A stretch of 64,000 bases of DNA, from positions 6,998-70,997 of IMG/VR virus record IMGVR_UViG_3300017565_000020, one strand, 5' to 3'. A program made the position numbers and the translations under genes. The notes beneath the pieces are model-generated. The model was not told the DNA's origin. It was given only the letters and a program-made list of their open reading frames with translations, and did no database searches. The DNA is from a virus. Lineage: Duplodnaviria; Caudoviricetes. This document shows, one piece after another, positions 60,101 to 64,000 of this stretch. Each line of letters opens with the position of its first letter. Positions within the stretch are counted from its first letter, which is position 1.

Positions 60101-61596
60101 GGGATACCGGCTACAGCGCAGAGGCATCACGTAATTTTAAGCGAAGAGTATTTGAGCTGATGGAACAGGAGCGGGACAGTGAAGTTGTTGCCGAAGCTAA
60201 AGATTTTGCTGATTCAAGCCTGGTTATGGGGCCGCCTAAAGGTTATGCCGGAATTATTGCCAACGGCATACAAACGTTGTTTGGTGCTATTCCGCCATTA
60301 AGGGTTACCGTGGCGCCGTTTGTTAATGTTCCGCTCAACGTAGCCAATCACATGATTGAGTATTCTCCACTTGGATTTATTACCCTTGCCGCCGGAAAAG
60401 AAGCTAACCTGGTAACCGATAATGTGGCACATAAGTTTGGTGTTAAAAAGGAGCTATCGGCAGAACGCAAAAAGGAGTTGCTCATTAAAGCATCGGTTGG
60501 CACAGCCATATTGGGTGCTATGTATGGACTCACCGGATTAACCTATACCGATGACAAAGGAAAGAAACGGCCGGTATTAACCGTATTTGCTGACGGAACC
60601 GGAGACTATAATAAAAACAGGGAACTGGCCAATACGGATGTCCAGTTTGAAGAGTATACCGCGGATTTTATGGGTCAGAAATTCAGCTATAAATACTCAC
60701 CTTTTGCCCCGGCATTTGCCGCTATAGGTTACTGGCAGGATAATGAACGCTTCAAAAACGGAAATGATAAAGCGATTGCTGAAAAACTATCGGTAGAGTT
60801 ATACAAATACATGGGCTATGTATTCGACCAGGCATCTTTAACCGGAATAGCCGACCTGTTTAATGTGGGCAACCGATATGGAAACGATGATACCCAAATC
60901 TCAGCCCAAATAAAAGAAAGCCTGTCGAGAACCGGCAAACGGAGCTTACGGACCTTATTATTCCCGAATTTCATTCCCCAAATAAATACCGATGTAAAAG
61001 GCTTGCTTGAACTTGACAATAAGCGGGCTATGGAAGGATGGGACGAGTTTAACCGGGGAATACCTATGCTGGAACAACAACTGGTGAGCAGGCACGATCA
61101 GTTTGGCCGGCCGGTAAAAGACCGGTTTAACATACCGTGGTTGCCTGCTCAACACGGGCAGATAGACGAATATACCAACATGCTTTGGAATAAGGGCTAT
61201 TGGTTAAAACCATATACAGACCGAACCTATTTCGATGGGGATGTTGAGCATGAAATGAGTAAACGGGAAGTCTATGAAATAGACCGGCTTCGCGGGCAGT
61301 ATGTGTTGAAGCAGCTTGAAAACACAGAACCTGTTGTTTATGATGCCGAAGACAATGAAGTAACTGTAAAAGAATACCTGAACTGGTTAAACAAGCAGGA
61401 TTTTAAAGAGGCAATGAACGCACTGAACCTGTATGCTGTTAAAATGGCTAAAAACCAGGTATTGGGAGCCGGCAAATGGAGTAATACCGCTAAAAAGAAT
61501 GAAGAACCGACTGATGAGGAATTAGACCAAAAATCGGCGTTGAGAAGTTTCAAGGCATACCTTAAAGATTTACTGTCCGAATCTGTGGAAGAATAG
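54169..61596 (+). CDS. Large polyvalent or ejection protein (2475 aa) with an embedded PBECR-like nuclease domain
   Basis: HTIDNSAINHILKEHG..ITKDDVSLIPDII..YFEEVR..AAVTMYK at about 56550-56850; helical C-terminal half. Confidence 0.7.
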   Translation: MADNPKYKLWKALNDADYYTKSYDDFDKQFSSDEGIAKLHGALQSAEYYTKDIQSFKSQFFKPASYGIQLPGAFATPDTSTPMVLTQSGKKVYDRVLQDEENKTANLSRRLNGGKQAYDAQHGAGASDAIIGQANERLADTLTEADDNRGLANDIVQALKLPALNKGVSDTVLRPLDAGATFVDDVMGKIYTGITGKAYQSQKANWFKDAADSYDKQFEQRSQPETIAGHVAEGVMQTVPLLAATALTGGENLVANGTMLTESQSAPVISHLTKFLATTGALKGYGEARNEGKDMTESLGNASEGFVHGGIEGMSIEAQMLVGKTFGKEAANLLAQKGLFKGGEVTKALLNALGVSAVFGGTSVGSDLVNGREINWDNAAVQAGMGAAFEAPGIVTGTGREISKIRLDKSILSTLTDARDMSRVANFIKATPEQIGAAVSIKDRPGKLIAKSIEQGMQAGESADYATKTQGHIAQLSLQNAADLKIVVGQIGKNKQKFIESINNSDLPEDTKNQLLGKVEQVYTAYTPIAKQQADLSEQIKGMDDQIQGYEETIKTSADPLETANAEVRLEALKERRNTQFDKLKKLIKDNPEVKPEQPEPEVSHKHSFDEFGNLTSEQQTQRNEPANETVPAAEAVLPEQKQPEEAKAAAEESAKPVKIGKASNTLKDVESTAKALGDVKFDLGQNDEYSKYGDVLSLVPDYEAKQKSKLSEEVISEAYHKAKADGSNPELVKAVEDLLGEKGDAEGAPEQSYVKEKIGKLFDLAQKVKDRVVKEFIRPVTKEEVKAIKEKTGIDIDEEFEHTIDNSAINHILKEHGNESTEAKQGQTAITKDDVSLIPDIIDNYDAIEKKIEPGKPERILYTKGYPDGTTYYFEEVRTGKKELAAVTMYKKKGNAKMDTETVPLRPTSETTPTTNIEKTDDKSIKELLEENFDAVDEDVIPEGAKRAGQKEYRATTKDGYSLSISPAKEGYSVFLGKPGKDVSNVDSFNQIESWFPSDDKELLEVIAKSNQLIEKRRTVPATKDVPDTNAGDKEPVKATGTLIEDVPQHLTDAGYQFAAAPAGEGKFAVFETNSGRKISNNFDSEAEAIKAFQDNKDKLTVEAVANKTGAKAEGKEEPGELEQGAEQAGTADGRGGSVRSAEEGPEKTDRKVKSLTDEELARKKELGAKFRGRFNDITGIPALLADKEFREYAGLILKEAKGDFKQWARDMIDNVGSKIEEHLPALYKSLTEAKEPNPEALSKEEAKAIREDGITPEDIKAYEEEHKSAEATGVPEPVPGPEHDRGSGIGQDKSSAELAEPEKPGPSGEPAEGKQPEREQPETESANQPTEQKAKPEGDGENLSGSERKKALLNRLADPEQSNLSETTIENIKKKGLGYEAFSNEEANLIAKDIISFEGVDRAVEMADNRANDLNGAVRTMLYSEAINHYYESEKSAKTDAEKTRASDLQADLSDRLDIYLRDSGRSIQAVQRYYRMSPDGIYKSIKRRIEREDLTEKKIGKGNLSEKISSAAEQLIEGLKKQISDLEKKLSEKTKKTTGESNSNYFTRTREERLKRIADAKERFKKASKGTLSSSIIGLNQAQVEAALEIGAEYAALGFTKFADWSRKMINELDLTEKQARALWSSKLDAAIDNKQRTLRDFAGDEFDVEFKERLNQESKKLIDKLFPPTIIERTYPKAKKARAEIHEKIVDAIQAGVLDGTIQNVTDIFGEAKRVNRVDQLFYEKFGIVHADNPDVARRLKELSAKVAETEPGSLYQAEAYIKLNDYIANLKKESLLNMGIPVMYANMLYGIETHQRNMGFNAQVVLQKFTTAALRNPKYVSVLWNALKKGTFERGSAEARNVLATGYPKTGTVPKERDIMERIEKRGLARALMFYNYPGRALSAADAFLNYGLREMKTAELLINGLKEENKKLPRDQRKTNKQIEAEVNDLLSYTTLRRQRAEQQAMRETMKYYNLSNPVYTPGADGLYTRDRDTGYSAEASRNFKRRVFELMEQERDSEVVAEAKDFADSSLVMGPPKGYAGIIANGIQTLFGAIPPLRVTVAPFVNVPLNVANHMIEYSPLGFITLAAGKEANLVTDNVAHKFGVKKELSAERKKELLIKASVGTAILGAMYGLTGLTYTDDKGKKRPVLTVFADGTGDYNKNRELANTDVQFEEYTADFMGQKFSYKYSPFAPAFAAIGYWQDNERFKNGNDKAIAEKLSVELYKYMGYVFDQASLTGIADLFNVGNRYGNDDTQISAQIKESLSRTGKRSLRTLLFPNFIPQINTDVKGLLELDNKRAMEGWDEFNRGIPMLEQQLVSRHDQFGRPVKDRFNIPWLPAQHGQIDEYTNMLWNKGYWLKPYTDRTYFDGDVEHEMSKREVYEIDRLRGQYVLKQLENTEPVVYDAEDNEVTVKEYLNWLNKQDFKEAMNALNLYAVKMAKNQVLGAGKWSNTAKKNEEPTDEELDQKSALRSFKAYLKDLLSESVEE

Positions 61597-62307
61597 TTAT
61601 TTATCCTTTACAAAGCGGATAGATAATGGCGGGTTTTCATTATTATCTGAACCGATATAGCCATTATTATAATCATAATTGCTGTAAATGCCAGCTTCGC
61701 AATTATCGCCAATAAGTACATAGTCGAGCTTTTTTATACTGCCACCTGAACACATGTAATAGGTATTCAAATAACCTTTACTACTTTGTTTTAATACCGG
61801 ATAGGCATTATATCCTGATTGTCCGTTGTATTTTCCAGAAGTTTCCCACGCATCTTTTGAAAGTAGGTTAGCATATACACCTGCCTCTATGGCAAAAAAT
61901 TGATAGTTTGTACTGTTTATGGTTTTATTAGTCCATGACGAAGCGGATCCTATAGTTTTCAATAGTTTCACATAATCCTCTTTTGAAGGAACTCTCCATC
62001 CGGAGGGCAATTGAATGTCTACGGTATCAGTGAACGTATATACCCTGTGTTCGTAATATGCAAATTCGAACTGGTTGCCAAGTTGTGTTGTTCCTCCCAA
62101 TCCGGAATAATTTTCAGTGGTCCAAAGCTGATTCCCGATGCTGATGACCGGATAATCGGTACCTGAAATATTTATTTTAGTTATATCGGTATTGGTATCC
62201 CCGGTTGTTTGCTCATCCTGAATTGTATTTTCACTTTTATCGCATGACGTTAATGCTAAAAATACAATTAATAGCAAAAGGAGGTTGTTTTTTATAAGTG
62301 ACTTCAT
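61597..62307 (-). CDS. Lipoprotein with a FISUMP-like domain
   Basis: Lipobox LTSC; IGNQLWTTEN, PSGWRVPSKED, SIRFVKD. Confidence 0.75.
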   Translation of the reverse strand: MKSLIKNNLLLLLIVFLALTSCDKSENTIQDEQTTGDTNTDITKINISGTDYPVISIGNQLWTTENYSGLGGTTQLGNQFEFAYYEHRVYTFTDTVDIQLPSGWRVPSKEDYVKLLKTIGSASSWTNKTINSTNYQFFAIEAGVYANLLSKDAWETSGKYNGQSGYNAYPVLKQSSKGYLNTYYMCSGGSIKKLDYVLIGDNCEAGIYSNYDYNNGYIGSDNNENPPLSIRFVKDK

Positions 62308-62400
62308 GGTATAAGCAATTGATTCTAATTGTTTTATAAAGATATAAAGTTTTGTATAATTGTTAATTATATCAAATATAGTTAATAAAAATTTTAACTT

Positions 62401-62820
62401 ATGAAAATAGGGGGATTGATTATTTGTTTTGTTTTAATGTATACTTCATTCTCCTTTGCTCAAAAACCATTTGGATTTGGGCAAACCGAGGCAGAAATAA
62501 GAGACTCTAAAAGGGCCGATCCTTATTTTGCATTTTGGCATAAGGGAACTACTTCTAATGGGGGAATGTTTATTGCGTATAAAATTACGAGTGGTTCTGG
62601 ATATGTTACCTATCATTTTAATGATAATGATGTGTGTTGGATGTATACGGTAACTTCAGACATCATACAATTAAATTTTGCCAGAAAGGAACTTGAAAAG
62701 AATTTTGACAGGATAAATGATGAAACATGGATAAGTAAAGATTTATTTACCGCTGCCAGCATAAAAATTTCTGAAGAGAAAAAGCAGTTTACAATTATTT
62801 ATGTTGATAAGACCCCTTAA
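62401..62820 (+). CDS. Secreted hypothetical protein
   Basis: Signal peptide ending SFAQ. Confidence 0.65.
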   Translation: MKIGGLIICFVLMYTSFSFAQKPFGFGQTEAEIRDSKRADPYFAFWHKGTTSNGGMFIAYKITSGSGYVTYHFNDNDVCWMYTVTSDIIQLNFARKELEKNFDRINDETWISKDLFTAASIKISEEKKQFTIIYVDKTP

Positions 62821-62825
62821 TAAAA

Positions 62826-63254
62826 ATGAGTACAATTATGGCTCTACTGTATTTTATCAGAAATGTTATATATTACATCTTAATTACACTACTCAATTTT
62901 GTGATTTATTACGGTGTATTTAAGATTGATTTATTGTTTTACAATCTGTTTGTTTCAAAAAACAATTTTTTAATTAAGTTCTTAATTCTATTTGGCTGCG
63001 CATTTTGTATTTTAATGTTTATGATTATTAGTGGCGTAGGTTACACTATTATCATGAAGTTACCTAAAAATAAAACGATGGTCATTTCTGTAACCAAATT
63101 CTTATTTGCACTTGTTACCATTATTTGTTTGGCCTACTATGTTAGCATTTCAGCACATTTTTTACGAATTATCTGTGCGGGTTCTATTCTATTGTCCTGG
63201 TATTGTATCAATAAATCATTGTCAGCTATTGGAATGAAGTCGGCAGTACGATAA
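62826..63254 (+). CDS. Four-TM membrane protein
   Basis: Highly hydrophobic, AT-rich. Confidence 0.6.
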   Translation: MSTIMALLYFIRNVIYYILITLLNFVIYYGVFKIDLLFYNLFVSKNNFLIKFLILFGCAFCILMFMIISGVGYTIIMKLPKNKTMVISVTKFLFALVTIICLAYYVSISAHFLRIICAGSILLSWYCINKSLSAIGMKSAVR

Positions 63255-63662
63255 TCCCAATTTCCTTGCTTCGTCCGGATGGGATTCCACGTATTGGTGA
63301 TGTGGCCAGCACAGTGATTTAAAGTATCGCTTATCTGTCAGAAAAGCGCCTACGCGTCCACGTGCGTGATGCAACGTTACTTCCCTGCAATTGCAGCCCG
63401 GAAACATGCACACGGGATTTTCTGCCAGGAACTTATCCCTGAGCCTGCGATAATGTTTTAATTTGTCGAGCATCTTATCTGAAACCGGTTTAATAGCTGT
63501 CTTTTTCTTTTTAGGTTTTTCAACTTGTTTAGCTCTATATTTTTCCTGCTGATATTTCTGGTAACAGAAAGACGGTGCTTCAAAGCAATGTTTAGCGATG
63601 AGTTTTTTATTTTCCAGTTTACAGGAAATACAAGTTCCAATGGGAAATGGTATTCTTGACAC
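63222..63662 (-). CDS. HNH endonuclease-like protein
   Basis: CMFPGC..TLHHARGR..SLCWPHH; start uncertain. Confidence 0.7.
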   Translation of the reverse strand: MSRIPFPIGTCISCKLENKKLIAKHCFEAPSFCYQKYQQEKYRAKQVEKPKKKKTAIKPVSDKMLDKLKHYRRLRDKFLAENPVCMFPGCNCREVTLHHARGRVGAFLTDKRYFKSLCWPHHQYVESHPDEARKLGLSYCRLHSNS

Positions 63663-63670
63663 GATAGTAT

Positions 63671-63799
63671 TTATTCGTCTTCTTCGTTGTATGCGTAGTC
63701 CTCATCGTGTGGATCGGGATACTCATAACCATCATCTATTTCTATTACCTCGCCGTTGGCAAGTGTCCGCGTGAATGTTATTGGGCGACCGGGATTCAT
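63671..63799 (-). CDS. 42-aa acidic ORF, not in the ORF track
   Basis: MNPGRPITFTRTLANGEVIEIDDGYEYPDPHDEDYAYNEEDE; downstream of the reverse 24-bp motif. Confidence 0.4.
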   Translation of the reverse strand: MNPGRPITFTRTLANGEVIEIDDGYEYPDPHDEDYAYNEEDE

Positions 63800-63826
63800 G
63801 AAACCAAATTAAAATAAATTTTTCTT

Positions 63827-63850
63827 AATTTCACAAAGTGTGCATACAAA
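63827..63850 (-). promoter_or_regulatory. 24-bp motif, copy 5 (reverse)
   Basis: TTTGTATGCACACTTTGTGAAATT on the minus strand. Confidence 0.7.
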
Positions 63851-63867
63851 ATTTATAAATTTATGCC

Positions 63868-64000
63868 ATGAACATTACACCAGAAGATATACAGAACCTT
63901 GCCTGCGAGTTTGAACTTGAAACGGATGTAATCAAAGCCTTACTTGACGTTCACGGCTGTCCTACCGGGTTTAGCAAAGAAACGGATGCAATTGTAATAC
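63868..64000 (+). CDS. Partial ORF running off the window edge
   Basis: MNITPEDIQNLACEFELETDVIKALLDV..., weakly reminiscent of N-acetylmuramidase (DUF3380) N-termini. Confidence 0.35.
   Translation, partial: MNITPEDIQNLACEFELETDVIKALLDVHGCPTGFSKETDAIVI

Larger units (their letters stand above)
1..64000. mobile_element. Temperate Bacteroidota phage or prophage genome segment, podovirus-like structural module
   Basis: Repressor, integrase, terminase, portal, capsid, fibre, lysis and ejection genes in phage-like order; no host housekeeping genes recognised. Confidence 0.93.

Noticed and set aside
54169-61596. Tape-measure protein or virion RNA polymerase
   Set aside because: No siphovirus or myovirus tail tube or sheath genes are seen, and no RNAP catalytic motif was recognised.
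23174-63850. CRISPR array from the 24-bp repeat
   Set aside because: Copies are kilobases apart and there are no spacers or cas genes. No CRISPR array was found anywhere in the window.

Overview
The whole window looks like temperate Bacteroidota phage DNA. No host housekeeping genes were recognised, promoters are of the TTTG-N20-TAnnTTTG type, and there are no Shine-Dalgarno motifs. Bases 1-19.8 kb hold mostly leftward early genes around a rightward island of repressor(s) and integrase. These include DNA methyltransferases, a YqaJ-type exonuclease with a partner protein, a resolvase and a sliding clamp. Bases 20.3-61.6 kb run rightward: replication initiator, GroES-like genes, terminase, portal, scaffold, major capsid, collagen-containing fibres, lysis genes, podovirus-type ring and muzzle proteins, and ejection proteins. 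AT-rich accessory genes follow. Two diversity-generating systems are visible directly in the DNA. (1) A diversity-generating retroelement has an RT (2189-3151), a 73-bp template repeat (3280-3352) and two target genes whose variable repeats differ from the template only at adenines (12 of 18 A positions in each). (2) The main candidate for a novel system is a phage-borne integron-like array. It has an IntI-like tyrosine recombinase (13583-14419), an attI-like site and three cassettes (amino-MTase, unknown protein, C5-MTase), each closed by an attC-like imperfect palindrome. Each cassette is bounded by its own perfect 10-bp GTT...AAC inverted pair. The ORFs are antisense to the array, and two of them start inside the attC-like loop. 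Also seen: an apparently intact attP, a dif-like XerCD site, a tRNA-like RNA with an enlarged anticodon arm, iterons, and a dispersed 24-bp late regulatory motif. All family assignments come from motif recognition by eye; no database searches were run.
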